A stretch of DNA of 64,000 nucleotides from Camelus dromedarius (lineage: Eukaryota). Location: assembly GCF_036321535.1 (NCBI RefSeq), contig NC_087448.1, positions 8,308,001-8,372,000 on the forward strand, in the 5' to 3' direction. The position numbers and the translations under genes are program-made. Below the pieces are notes generated by a model, which did no database searches, was not told the origin of the DNA, and saw nothing but the letters and a program-made list of their open reading frames with translations. The stretch's first letter is position 1. The number at the start of each line of letters is the position of its first letter. Shown in pieces: positions 40,301 to 54,600 of this stretch.

Positions 40301-42187
40301 AAGGCTGAGTCCACTGACACAGGCTGGAGCCACCCATTGAGAGGAGGCTACTAAAATTACTTCCTCACCACCTCTACCCTGGTTCTTCTGAACTGTTGTT
40401 GCCTTCCACAGAATTAAAATCCTATGCTAAGCCCTCTAACCTATACTAAAATAACTGACAACTTAATTTTCCTAAATCCCTTCTTCCACTCTTGGCATAA
40501 TTCTTCTGTCCACCAGAATAACCATAATTACAAATAAGCTAGATATATTTTTAGGTATAATATTTTTCCGTGAAACTTTACCACTTTGGGATTTATACTG
40601 TTTCTCGGAGAACTAGAGAGTTAGCTTGTAACAATTAACTAACTGTGTTAAAAACAAGGCATTTGCTCCCAGGAGAAGTGGAATCAGGAATTCTAGTGGG
40701 GAAAATCAGAGGAAATACGAGTATGTCTACATAATCACAAAATAGTTGGCTGAATCTTTCTTTCATGCCTTTTAGTGTCTTTGAAAAGCATGTAGTTTTC
40801 CCACCAGGCAAATAAGAATGCAAATGGATCCAGCTGCATATTTTATTATGAATTATGATCATTTCATGGATCGTTCCATCTGTCTTTTGATAGCAAATGC
40901 AAAGTTAGTAAAGTGATTAGTTGTATTTATATATAATTAAACAATCTTTGGGGACATATTTCAGACATTTATTGATAGTTCCTTACTTTTGAAAAAAAGG
41001 CCACTTTGATATGATTACGTTCCTCCCTTTGGAATGCAAGCCTGAAAACCTAGGTGAAGGGAGAGGTGGAGGTGTGGGTGCCGGTCTCTGCTCCCTCTGC
41101 TAACACAACAGCCGGGTCAGGCTGCAGGGGGACCTTCAGGACAGAGAATCCAAGTTTCATTTTCTCCAGAAATCTGCCAAGACGTCTGGGGAGAGAGCAG
41201 GGACTGGACTTGTTCACGGTGTTGCAGGGCCTGGCGTGAGAAGCCAGAGCTAGAGAGGAATTGCCTCTTGTTAACACTTCTGGCAGGGGTTCGGGTCCTC
41301 TGGCCCCTGACTCTGCAGAGGAGTTGCATCTGCCCACTGGTTGCTTGTGGTCCCGGGATATCCAACCGAATCCGCCTGCTGCCCAGCAGAGGGGCCGTGG
41401 TTCTCCGGTCATTTACCACAAGAACCACAGTGCCTTCTACTACCCCTCGTTTACCACTGCTCAAGAGAGCATTAGAGACAAACAAACAAAATCGCATAGC
41501 CCTGGGCAAGCAAAGGAGAACATTCTCACACAATGGGGCTCAGAAACAGGGAGGAGCTGGGAAATCCGAGGTGAACACCAGTAGAGAAGTTTCCTAGTCA
41601 AGTAGGACTGGTGGAAGAGAGAGGAGGTTTGTTTTTTGGTTTTGGGGGTTGTTTTTTTCCTTCAATGTCTCAAAGATAGTTAATTAGGCAAAAAAACAAA
41701 CAAACAAACAAACAAAAAACTTCTGAACTTTGACTAAAATTTTCAAAAAATGAGCTGAAAAGGGCATGGTTGTTGATGAGAGCTAATTAGTAATATGGGA
41801 GATCAAGTGGGGAAAAAAATAAAGAAATGGTAGAAAGGATGAGGGAAAAGCAAGAGACTAGCCACTCAGATGTGAATAAAAGGAGCCCCTGAAGGAAAAA
41901 GGGAACAGACAGAAGAAGGGTAATAATAAATGAGAGAAGAAATTTTTCCTATACTGAGGAAAAGCATATATCTGTAGCTTGAAAGGTTCACCAAGTCTCA
42001 GAGAGATTAAATGAAAAGAAAAAATTCCTAGGCATATCGTGGTGACCTTCCTTGGTTGCAGCATAAAGAGGAGACCTTTGTAAGCCCCTGAACAGGCTTA
42101 AATTACCTGCAGAAGCACGATAAATATACTGTGCTTCAGATGACTCAACCTCAGTATTGGAAAATAGAAGGCAGTGAACCTGTGTGT

Positions 42188-42220
42188 ATAGATAGATAGG
42201 TAGGTAGGTAGGTAAGTAGG

Positions 42221-42263
<43 letters not shown>
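42188..42263. repeat. Compound tetranucleotide STR (TAGA)n/(TAGG)n
   Basis: atagatagataggtaggtaggtaggtaagtaggtagatagatag...tagg, about 19 units. Confidence 0.97.
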
Positions 42264-45200
42264 GTCACTGAGAAAAAAAACCACAACTCAAGAATCTGTA
42301 TGCAGCCAAAATATTTGTATCAGTATTAAAAATGCATTTTAGGTAAGGAAGGACTGAGAGAGAATACAACCCTTGATGTTTATTTGAGGAAACCAACCCA
42401 AGGTATGCTAAGCATAAGATACATTCATCACACTCCACAGAGCCGGACAGGGAAGATGAAAAGGAAATAAAAGCAGTGGGTATTGGATCTAAATGGAGGA
42501 TGATAATTGAGATGTCAAATTAGGGACCCTGAAAAAAAAGGAATACTTACAATTCAGGAAACTAGAATTAAATTTGTGGATGATCTCAGAAAAAGCAGAA
42601 TTTAGGAAGACTATGATGTCAGTGGAGCGTAGGGGTGACAGAAGTCTACCGGGCCGTTTGTAGACTGGCCGGCGTGTGAGGGATGAGTGAACAAGCAAAT
42701 CTGTTCACTCATTAGGAAGGAGTTTACAGTTATTTTAATTTTGATGCAATAGTAAAAAGTATACATGGATTTATTACAGTTGGGAATTAAGCTGGGGGAT
42801 TAGAAAAGCAGAGTCCAAATAAACAAGGGGGAGAAAGAAATTAACAATGTGACCAAACCAGAAAAGACAAGAAAAGGATAAAAGATGAATATCAATGACA
42901 CACAATGAACTATAAATGTAAGGCCATAAACATAAGGGATAATCTTCGTACATTAAATGTAAGCAGGTTGAGTTTTCCTATTAAAAATCATAGAAAATAT
43001 GATTATGTTTAAACACAAAATTCAAATAGTATATTGATTATAGGAAATACATACAAGGTGGCCCCCAAAGGTGGCTGAAAATCATCTCTCTGTGAAACAA
43101 CTAAAAATGACACCCAAAATGTTAAAACATCTTAACTGCTTAGTAGAACGTGCAAAAAATTAAGGAATGTTCTCAACGCCAAGAATGAAGTGCTCATGTG
43201 AGTGCAGAACACCTGGTGGACACTAAGCCAGTGGCTGCTCTGATGGTATTTGCATGTCCTTGTCACCTAGAACTTGCCATTGAGAGCTGGACCCCAAGGT
43301 GAAGAGTCAGAATAGAGAAACTCTCTAACCCCCGCCTCACATAACATCAGGACACATGAGGTCTGTACCTCAGTGAGAGAAGGAAAGTGTTCATCCCTCA
43401 GAAGCAAATAGTGAGGAAACCTGCAGTCTTGACCTAGACTCCAGATGAATAGAAAAGGAGGAAGCTTTACTGAAAATGTGTCAACACAAACCTGCCCTCA
43501 CTTGGGATTGGAGTTAAAAATCATGCTACTTTCAGATCTGAGAAATGTCAGCCAAGAAATTGATTTAAAGAGGTACCAAATTTGTAAGCAATGTCCTGCC
43601 CACTGGTGTACCAGTTCTTTCTGGAAAAAAAAAATGTACCCTAAAATCAGGTCTTGAAAATCTAGAGGAAATCGATCTCCTGGCAAAGTATAAACTATCA
43701 AGTTGATGGACAAGGTTAGAAAGTGGATCATTGAACATTAGAAAGCTTTGATCTACGGTTACAAAAAGGACTGGTTTTCCTTTCTGATGTGGTTTTCCTG
43801 CTGGATTTTGTCTGCTTTCAAAGATGAGATAATTCTTATTTTATTTAAGAAATTACAGATCATACAAAAGAAGGAAAACTCCACAATAAGTTTGATCAAG
43901 CCAGCATAGGTTTAACCCAAACCTGATAATGGTAGTCCAAGTAAAGTTATAGACCAATTTTGTATATGATAGTAACTACAAAAGTTAGAAATAAAATGCT
44001 ATCCAGTAAAACCAGCATAAGCATCTAGGGTTTATTCCAGGAACAGACAAATGGTCAACATCAAGGGCTCTTGTGATAAATTTCATTGTCTCAGTGAATT
44101 AATGAATTAAAGGCTAAAGCCCTCTCAGTAGAGTGAAGAGAAAGGAAGTCCTTAAACACGACATAAATTATTGCCCAAACTCACTGAAACAATTATACAT
44201 GAATGCTGAGAAACTTCTACTGAAAATAAAGACTATGTTATAGATCCTAGTTATTACTACCACATTACTTAGCATTTATTTGGCTATATCATTATAGCTA
44301 AAGAGTTAATACATTTAACTCTAAAGTAAATCTTGAGAAAAATCTTACATTCATTTGCAGATGAAATATACATATTTTTATAAAGCCCAAGAGATTTTTT
44401 TAAATATTGGAATTAGTAGAAGAATCTAGTAAGGTGGGTAGAGAAAATCAATGTAAATAAGTCAGTAGCTTTTCTTTCAACTGGAAATAACTAGGTAGAA
44501 TGGTAAAAAAAATTTTTTAAGTAAAAAATTTATTTGCATTAGTGACTGGAATATTAAATCCATAGAAATAAATTTCAAAATCAAAGAATAACATATCTTT
44601 ATGGGGAAATTTTTATTAAAATATACAGTCCAAATAAATAGAGAAAAACATAGTGTGTTTCTGGATATGAAGACTTGATTGTAATTCTTCTAAAGTTTTA
44701 TTTTGTATGTAAAAGGTAAAGAAAAAAGTTATAAAGATAGACACATGTGACTATATAAAAATTAAAGTGCTTATGGAACTAATGCCACTAGGGTTAAAAA
44801 TCAATTTGTTGACTAGGGAAAAAATATTTGCTGTTCATAGCAGACAAAGATTAATGTCCTTAATATCAACAACTTCAAAAACTGATAAGAAAGAAACAAC
44901 ACCACCATAGAAAACTGGCAAGGTTATGAACAGAAAATTTGTCTTAAAAAGAAAATAAATCTAAATCATCAGTACACATATGAACAGATAAGCAAAAGTT
45001 TGATTAAGGGTGATTACTTCTGGTGATCGTGCAGATTTAGGATAAGAAACACTTTCCTACTTTGCTGAAAGGCAAGTGACTTAATATAATATTTTGAAAG
45101 TAATCTCTTAATACTTTCTAAAATTTAAAGTGCACAGACTTTTCCTTTGTCCCAGAAATGCCAGGTTTGAGACTCTATTTATAGATATGAAAACCCAGTA

Positions 45201-45303
45201 AAAACTGATATTGTATAAGGGTGGTCAGTGCAGTCTTGTTTTTGAAGTAGCAAATGCTTAACCATTTTTCCTGATGATTTCTTATCCCAGGAGTACCACC
45301 CTT

Positions 45304-45651
45304 ACCTGGAGATCATCATAGTAAGTGAAGTAAGGCAGAAGGAGACAGAAAAATACCATAGGATATTACTTACATGTGGAATCTAAAAAAAAAAAAAAGG
45401 GCACAAATGAACTTATTTACAAAATAGAGACAGACTCACAGACACTCGGGATTTACAGATACTAACTACTATATCTAAAACAGACTAACAATGAGGTCCT
45501 ACTGTATAGCAGAGGAAACTATATCCAGTACCTTTAATGACCTATAATGAAAAAAAATATGAAAAGGAATATATATATATACAACTGAATCACTATGCTG
45601 TATACCAGAAGTTAACACAACATTGTAAATTGACTATACTTGACTAAAACT
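45304..45651 (+). mobile_element. Younger L1 3' end nested in the old L1, 11-bp TSD
   Basis: cctggagatcatcatagtaagtgaagtaagg...caactgaatcactatgctgtataccagaagttaacacaacattgtaaattgactatact. TSD gtaccaccctt at 45293-45303 and 45652-45662. Confidence 0.9.
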
Positions 45652-47053
45652 GTACCACCCTTGAATGAATCAGTAGGGAAAATGTTGAATTAAACAAACA
45701 TTGAATACTATGCAAAATTATGCAGCTGATAAAAAGAATAAGTAGGACCTGTATCTCTTAACCTGGAGGGACGTCTGTGATTGTCAGTGAGAAGTTGCAA
45801 AGTCGCATACAAAAGGCAAGCCCATTACGTGATTATATATGTTGAGATTACACTGGAGGTAACTGAGGAGGGTGGTTAACACCAATCATCTGAGAAAGGA
45901 GGCCAAGGAATTGTATTAATATTTTGTGTATTTGAGATTATTTCACAATTAAAATGTATTACCCTGTTACATTTTTTTAAATTATGTCAGTTTAAATAAA
46001 GCAAGTTGGGTCTAGAGAAGTGCTCGATTGAGAAGTAAAGCTAATTTCCTCCTCACATCTAAGTTAACCATCTGCACTCCCCTTAGTATTCCATGCCTAA
46101 AAATGCTATTATTAAAACTCCGCTTTCTCCACATTTTCCAAATGTGTGTGGAAGAAAATTCCTTCTATGTTGGCCTTGAAAAAGAGAAGCAAGCTATGCT
46201 TTATTCCTGTCTCCAGCAAATCATCTGGTATCTTCTAGGAGGGATATGTATGACTAATTCCAACATTAACTCTTGTGCTCTTTAATTATAAATTAATCGT
46301 ATATTGCCATTTTAATTCCATTTGTAAACTTCTTTATAAAACGAGTGTTTCTACCCATAGGACAAGTAAAAAAAACAGCATGCTGTGTTTGTATTCATAC
46401 TTTATATTGTTATTTGTAGTAGCAAATCTATAGAATGAATGTAATAAATTAAGAGGTTTAACTAATTTATTCATATAGTAACGTTGATTGTTCATTAATT
46501 AATAATGTAGACGTATGTTAATATATTAATTCATGTGTGCATACACACACACAAAAATTGCTTAGTATAAAATCCAAATTTCTCTGCTGTTTATGTGGCC
46601 CAAAGCATAGACAATATAGATACTTTTTAATTTTAGTTTAATTACACTTAGTAAGCAATATGTAAGTCATTTTCTAATATACCATATGCACTATAGAAAC
46701 TTTATTTTTAGAAAATACAAATTATACCAAAATGCAGCCTTTCTGTGTATATAGTAATTCTATAAATAGTGATGACTTTTAAATAATATTAAATATTGAA
46801 CAATGAAGAAGTACCACTCAGAAACATTTAACATTTTAACATATGTATCTGATTGCCTAAGATTTATTTGGTCTGTGATGTTCTAGTTGGTGTGTTTTAA
46901 AACTATGTTTTTAAGAAATATCATTCTGGATCCTCGTGGGCTCCTCCCTGTTATGATAGCGGCTGAAATTCATATACTAACAAAACATATGAAATATTTT
47001 GAAATCAATTGTAGTTTTAGATTCCAATTTTAACCATTTCTTTGTTCCCCTAG

Positions 47054-47248
<195 letters not shown>

Positions 47249-50200
47249 TAAAATTCTTTTCTTTCCAGAGAAAATGCCAGTTATGTTTTAATAACCAGAT
47301 ATTATAACAACTATAGTAAATACCAACTTGAGATAAGCCCAGTGACATCCTAAATACAAAAACAGTGCATTCAAAAATTTTAACATTGTTTTTAAAACTC
47401 CTAAAAATTTATGGTAATCAATGGGGATGTTTATCAATGGGGATGGACTGTTCATAAATTAGCACAGTGTACAGATAATACACATTTTGTATACATATGA
47501 ATATTATACACCTGTGCATACATACCAAGTTTTAAACTACATAAGATGTTGACACAGACTTTAAAGAGCAGGAAATATGAATTTTATTCTAAGTGTAGAT
47601 CTCCCTTCCAAATAAGCCTAAATGTGTTTGCTCAACACTGACTTACAATTGAAATAAGCAGAAATAAACTTACCTTTACAGATTGTAATTAGTCATAGTT
47701 TATTATTTATAAGTGCCTGTGATTTTATTTGTGATTAAATAACAATACTTATTTTTACTTTATTTATAATGACTAGATGTCTATTTTTTCAAATGTGATG
47801 TATTGAATCATATTACTTTATAATTATTCAGTAAACAAAAGTAATTATTAATTAGGTTCTTTGTAATTGTTGAATAATAGCAATGTGCTGAGTGTTCCTT
47901 TAAATATTTGGTCAAAATATATGTAAATGGGATATCCTAATTTTTAAAATCTCAAATATAGTCATTTTTTGACTCGAAATTGATAATTTTTATGGTTTAT
48001 CATGTGAATATCAGTTCCATTGTTTTCTTAAAAATTGTTGGAGAATAAAATGGCAGTAGAATTTTTAAAGTAGAGCTTCAGAGAAACAAGATTCTAACTT
48101 CTTAGATGCAAGAAAATGCATTCCACCTTCACTGAGCTTATTCATTGGTGATACCGAAGCTGTCATTTTCAGAGCAATATTATTAACTTCAGCCGCTAGG
48201 TCACAAACTGAAACTTAACACTGCGGATACCTGGAGGAAAGGTCATGAAAATATAATTCACAAAAGTGAAAAACATACCCCACAAACATACATGAAAATC
48301 TGAGCCTCAGGCAGTCACATCCAAGCTTCACAGAGGGTGACTTATAGGTAAGCTTTCAGTGCAGTCAGCATCTTTATACAGAAGTCCCTTGTCCCTTGTT
48401 GGGTTGTATCCTCAGGCTTGGTTATCATAAGTGAGATGGCTGGGCCAAGTGACTTACACACGTTGAAAATTCTTGATACAAAATATGCTTTCCAAACATT
48501 TGTGTCACTGTATGCTCTTGGGCAGTGCTGCCTAGGTTCACAAAATCAGCAGAAGCATTTAGTACCCACATTAGAGAATCATTGCCCATAATTATAGAAA
48601 ATATGCCTCATAGTCAAAACTACAGCATATCTTTTTTACAAACCTATTAAATTAACCAAATTAAGAAAGACATCAATGCCCATTTCAGCAAGAGTACAGT
48701 ATAAAATATATTCAGAGCTTTAAAATTCTTAATCATTTCTCACAGATAATTTTTCAGTGAAAAGTTACAAGTAGATCAAAATTTTGCATACAAAGAACAT
48801 TCTGGAATTGTTCATGAGAGAAAAAAATAGGAACTGTTTAAATGGTAAACATTTAATAAATAGCTTAGTAAGTTGTATGCAGATTTGACCATAAAAATGA
48901 TTATGATGAATTTGTAATAACTTAGAAATGTCTTATTTAAATGCAAAATGGTATAAAATTATATAACATGTATAGCTACATATATATAGCTGTATATATG
49001 TATGTAAAATACCTATAAATGAAAAAAATGACTGGAAAGAAAGAAACCAAATGATTACATATCTGTAGGAACACAGACTCAAAAGGCTTTATTGGGTAGA
49101 TAGAGTGAAAAGCATGCTTATCCCCAGATAAATGAAAAGGCGTAATTAGAGTCACCGATGAGGCTTTGGCCTTTACATGGAAAAACAATGTGAAATCTTA
49201 CCCTTCTGAAAATGCCGATCATATCACCAGTGTGGGAGTTGTGTTAAGTTCTGTTTCTTCCAGCTAATGAAATATTAATTTATCAAAATTGCACAGATGT
49301 GCATAGGCTGTTTTTTTTCCAGAATTTGGGACAAGATTCAAAAATCCTTAGGCAAGCCCCTAAATATGATTTTGATACAAGTGGAGAAAACACATGGTAC
49401 TGAAATTTGAGCAATAAACCAGTTAAATTGGTTCTGTAAACTTCCCTGGACTCAGCTGTTTCACAATTAGATACTGAATCATTTATGTCTGAGAATAAAG
49501 AAATCTGATAAAAATGTGAAATCTTTCCATGTTATTATTCTGAATGTCAATATGAGTGTTATTATTTTAATAGTTCTTATGATAAAGCTGTTTGCCTGTT
49601 ATTTGGAAAGATGACCTAAGTGTACTATGTTCTGACTCGGAAATACATGTTTTAAGCATTATAGCAGGGAAAACTGGTAGCTTAGCCATGCCTGTGGTAT
49701 ACTGTTTAATTTGAACATGATTTCTCACATAAATTTTCTTCTTTACATACTGGGTGAAGTATTTTAAATTAGAATGAAGAAAATAGATATTTTCTCAACC
49801 TCTTTAAACATTCGTTCATTAGTTTATTAGACGTGCAGCTAAAAACCACACTATTTGTGTTCTGCAGAAAATAGGAATAAGGTTTGCCACCAGTATTTCC
49901 TGTAAATTCAAAATCTGGGGGTACAGGTGGAGTAAATGTGGCTTTAGGGATGGCAAAATTCAGAGGCTAGCATCATTTAACATCAATAATATCATTTCAG
50001 GGCATCATGAAATCAGTACATTTCACACTCACCTTTCTTCTGAGTTAGTATCATTCTTAAGCTTGCGTTCTCCATATGGTGACAGAGATGCTCAGGGTTT
50101 ATGTGGCAGTAATAAATCCTGCAGTAATGCCAATCAAGAATAAAAAATAGGACACCTTTTATAAGTCCCACAGCGGTTCTGAGGATGACCAATGTGAGTG

Positions 50201-50989
50201 CTCTGGCCAGGCCTGGATCATCAGGGTCAGGAGGTCCCTCCTGGACCTTGTGAACTAAGAGCAGAGTAGGAATGATTTGCCAGAGGAAAATCAGGAGAAT
50301 TAGGAAGCTAGGGATGCTGGAAAAATCCATAGCATGTTATTTTATAGGTGTAAAATTTAAAACTTAGGTTTTTAAAACATTTCCTTATTGTACTTGAAAT
50401 GGACTATGTTTCTTCTCATAAGACACCTTCACACACACCTTAAGCTCTTACTGATATTGAACCATCTTGGACAGTCATTCTACTTACCATACTTCATTTA
50501 TGCCAAGACCACAATTTTCCTCTTTTAATGTCTCTAAATTTGGGATCTGTCTTATAATCAGTGGTGTGTTATACTGTAATTGTGGCAGCATTTTTAAATT
50601 TCTCAGCAGTACCTAAAAAAAAATCAGTGGCATCTTAGACTTGTTGAAAAATTCTTCTTTTCAATACATTATACCTCAACTTTTAATTATATTCTACTTT
50701 ATATTTTTAATCTTATAGACGTGCCCTTACGAGCTGTATCTTTGTGTTATATTCCCTTTGTAATAGTAGCCATTGAATCTTATTTGTCCAACACAATGTT
50801 TGGCACATAATAGTACTTGTTAAGTGAATGAGAAAATTAATTAGTTACGGGTGGGAGTTTTTGCATACATATGCAGATACATGCAAAACATCTAAATATA
50901 TGTATGTGTGTTTAGATAACAAGCTAAGCACATATAAAAATATCTAAAAATACAAGGCTTACATAAGATAGATGTGTTTCTCTCCAAGA

Positions 50990-51370
50990 GTTGTACAGTG
51001 TCCATGGTGAACAGGTGGCTCTATTCCACATGGTCATTGAGGAAGCCAGCCTGTCGGGTTGGACTGAATCTATTGTCTTCTATACAAGTCTTCTATTTCT
51101 AGTCCAAAGGCGCAATTCCAGTTGTTTCCATTTTCCAGCCAGAGGAGGATATAAAAAGAGTGTCCAGGGCAAGTTAATTTAATTTAAAGGTTGCAAAAAT
51201 CACTTCCTTTCACATTCCATAGGTCTGAACCTAGACTACTGGCCGCAACTAGATACAAGTGGAGCTGGAAAATGCAGTCTGTGGCCCTGGGTAGCTACTT
51301 GCCAGGCTGAAATTCAGAGAGCTCTGTTATTTAAAGAAAGCATAGAATGGCTCTTAGGGTAGCAGTCTGA
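50990..51370. mobile_element. MLT1-type (MaLR) LTR remnant
   Basis: cacttcctttcacattccataggtc...ggagctggaaaatgcagtctg...gctgaaattcagagagctctgtta...gaatggctc...gcagtct. Confidence 0.6.
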
Positions 51371-51826
51371 GCCATGAATAAAGACTTCATGATCGAAGGA
51401 TTTTTAAAATTTCATTATAAATGTACACTAGTGCTTAGGATGCTTTATTTTATGAGACAATGAACATAGATAATATTAAATCAAATGTCTTCTTTGATAT
51501 TTGAACATTAAAAAATACCAATTTCATTTCAACAGTATGTGTTAGTGAATGTCACTTTGAATTATCACATCATATGTTAAAACACTGAGTTGTCACCATT
51601 TTCCTTCCTTCCTTCCTTCCTTTGGGACTTATTGAATTCTTGTTTTATGGCAGGCACTGAGCAAGACTGATAGCTTAGTTATTATATTGTTACTTTTCAT
51701 CACTAGATGCCCAGATGGAAAAGTATGATTTCACTGAGTGCTATGAAAAATGAGATTTTAGTATGAACCTATTTAGTTCAGTGTAAGTAAATGATGGAGT
51801 ACCTGTGTTTTTCTCTCCCACAATAG

Positions 51827-52072
<246 letters not shown>

Positions 52073-52869
52073 TAAGTAATTTCACTTTCACAGTGGTTTT
52101 AAAATATGGTCATATTTTTGACAATTTGGAGTAATTCGGTTTTAATATTCACAGTGGTCTCTTCTGCAGAATGTCTGAGCACATTTTCAACCTTGTCAGA
52201 TGATGTGTCAATTCTGAACTTCTGGAAATAATCTGATAGAATAAGATGCAGAAACCAGTAAAGATGGAAGCTAGGGTTCTTAGCGCTTATAAATGAAGAT
52301 ATAGTGAAATTTTCAAATTAGTAATTTAAAACTGTTTGAAGTTTGCTTTTTTGTGTTTGTGAGAGGTAACCTTTTAAATCTGTTCTACAGTTCATATGCT
52401 TTTGGGTCAGGCATAATCTAGAAGGAAAGTTTAGTTTCCAATATGATAAATTTCATAAACTCTTCATATTTGAAGTATCTTTAAAAGATCATCAAGTTCA
52501 TATCTCTGTATTCTTGTTAGAATTCACTTAGGCTAAAAAGAAAGTTAAAAATCAATCAATCCGTAAAGAGAATTTATGTAGAAAATACAGCCCCTAATCA
52601 GAAGGCTCCTGAAATTTAACTCCATGTGGATTTAGACACATGAAAAAATATAATGACCAAGACAAAGATATATTTATATTCACCGTAAGCTGAAATAGTA
52701 AGGCCTATTATCTGTGAAGAATAGTCTTGGGGTAAGAACAATATATAATATATTTAAAAAAAAAAAAGCTTTGAGGGCAAAGGGGTCTGTAATGAAACAG
52801 ACTAATATAGCCCAGGTTATTTTTTAATTTTAACAGATCTTAATATACTCTGGGTTATTACTTTTCTTA

Positions 52870-53300
52870 ATCTTGTGCTGAATTTGTGACTCATTGCCAA
52901 GCTTTTGTTGAGCATCTGTCAAAAGCCAGGCAATCTTGGTGATCCTGAGACTAAACACAGTTAAGTTCCCAGTTTTCAAGAATTCGCAGCTGAGGGGGCA
53001 ACCAGTAAGTAAACATAAAGCATGATGGGCTTTAATAAAGGCAAATGCAAGGTGTTCTGGGACCCCAGAGGCGGGGTCTATAACCAGGAATGGAAAAACC
53101 CAGGAAGGCTTCTTGGAACAAGAGGCTGGTGAAGACCAGCTGGACGGAGCCAGGCGAAGTGCAGAGAACATGGGAACAGCATGTGCTGAAGGTCTGAACT
53201 GAGCCGTGTCTTGTTCCAGAACTTAAAGGAGAAAGATTGATTAGTCGAGGGCAAGAGGACATAAAGCCAAGGAACTTTTAAATTGGTGAAAGCATGATGG
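52870..53300 (-). mobile_element. LINE-2 3' remnant (antisense)
   Basis: tgactcattgccaagcttttgttgagcatctgtc...gagactaaacacagt...ggaaggcttcttggaacaagaggc. Confidence 0.6.
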
Positions 53301-54289
53301 GGATTAAATGCCGACTAGAGAGGGAGCAAGGAGAGGGCAGTAAAGATGTGTGAACCAAAGAGGGTGGCAGCGGAAGGTTCCCCAAGGCAGCAGGCAGGGC
53401 GCTGGCAGCGGGACTGGTCTTAGGCCGGTATTGAGCTGTCAGGTGACGAGGTGGTCTTGTAGGACGACAAGCCAAACCGAAATTCCCAGGGAGCCTTGGC
53501 TGACTGACCGGCACAGCGCAGGCAACGGGCAGGAGCAGGCGCCGCCACTTAGCGTCTGGCCCGGCAGCACCGGTGAGCGGCAGGTGGATCAGCCCGCCAG
53601 GCGGGGAGGGAGGGATCTTTGAACAAAGTTCCCACCCTTTTATGGACCAGGGAAGGGATGCGGGCTGACTGGAGGAAGAGCTAGGAGTGAAGGAGGACTG
53701 AGTCAGAATGGAGAAAAGTGTCCCAGCTGAGCCCCACCCCACTCCATTATGAGGAGCCCTCAGAGTAGAGGCACCTGGGACAGGGATGCAGCTGTGCACG
53801 TGAGCTTGGTGGCAGGGGGCCTGCGTCTTTCCTGGAACTCCCTCCAGAGACTGCAGTGCCCGGCTGTGCCCCGGGACCATGTGGGGAGGGCAGCTCCTTC
53901 CCCTTGAGCCTGCCAGGCAGAGCCTTGTCATTGCCCATGGTGGGGCCACTTGGGACTGGCCTGGAGCCAGACTCCTCCACAGGAGGGCCAGCTCTTCCTC
54001 CCGGGATAGAGGGATGCAAGCAAAGATGATGACAGTGGTGTCACCGAGGCCACCTTCTCTTAGTCTGCCCGTCACTGCCCCCTCACCAGGTTAAACACAA
54101 AGAACAGACCTCTGTCCTTGTTGGTGTCACTGTCCATCTCTCAGGCCAGTTTAATTCAGCACCCACTATGGCTCAGGCGCTGTTCCAGTACTGAAAGGAA
54201 ACAACCCTCAGTTCCCTTCTTTATTTATACAGTCTTATCTTAATTGCATATTCATTTTTTATCTTTTCCCCTCGTCTCACCTCACCGAT

Positions 54290-54600
54290 TTTATATCCCT
54301 TACCCACAACCTCTTTGAGCCAGATGATGTTTGGAGTTCAGAATACTCCAGATATTATAAGGGTGCTAACAGCCTCCGGAGTTGTCTGAGTCAGTACCCT
54401 ATACCCAAAACATTATTTCTGTAGCAAAACATTAACCTTAAGACAAAGAAGAATAAATAAGATAATAAGTAAGTCTTAAGTCAGATCCAACATTTGCCAC
54501 CAAATGAGCTCCCAACAGAACAAAACAAAACACAACATCTTTTGGTATTTTGAAAATTTTTTGAATATTGAAGTGGCAAATAAGGGCTGTGGGCCTGCAT
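54290..54600. mobile_element. TcMar-Tigger-like DNA transposon remnant
   Basis: ttggagttcagaatactccagat...ccaccaaatgagc...ttttttgaatattgaagtggcaaataagggctgtgggcctgca. Confidence 0.5.

Larger units (their letters stand above)
41500..46000 (+). mobile_element. Large degraded old LINE-1 relic (ORF1, ORF2 EN/RT and 3' remnants), sense orientation
   Basis: ORF1-like attcctaggcatatcgtggtga (~42025), EN start acattaaatgtaagcaggttgagttttcctattaaaa (~42950), RT-like ggtttattccaggaacagacaaatggtcaacatc (~44030) and ttcatttgcagatga (~44350). Confidence 0.7.

Noticed and set aside
42098-42286. YLSI-repeat ORFs on the minus strand
   Set aside because: Translation of the (TAGA)n microsatellite.
53278-54075. 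Longest ORF in the track (265 aa, minus strand)
   Set aside because: Starts at a non-ATG codon, is P/S/A/G-rich with no recognisable domain, and lies in a GC-rich patch where stops are rare; overlaps L2-like sequence.
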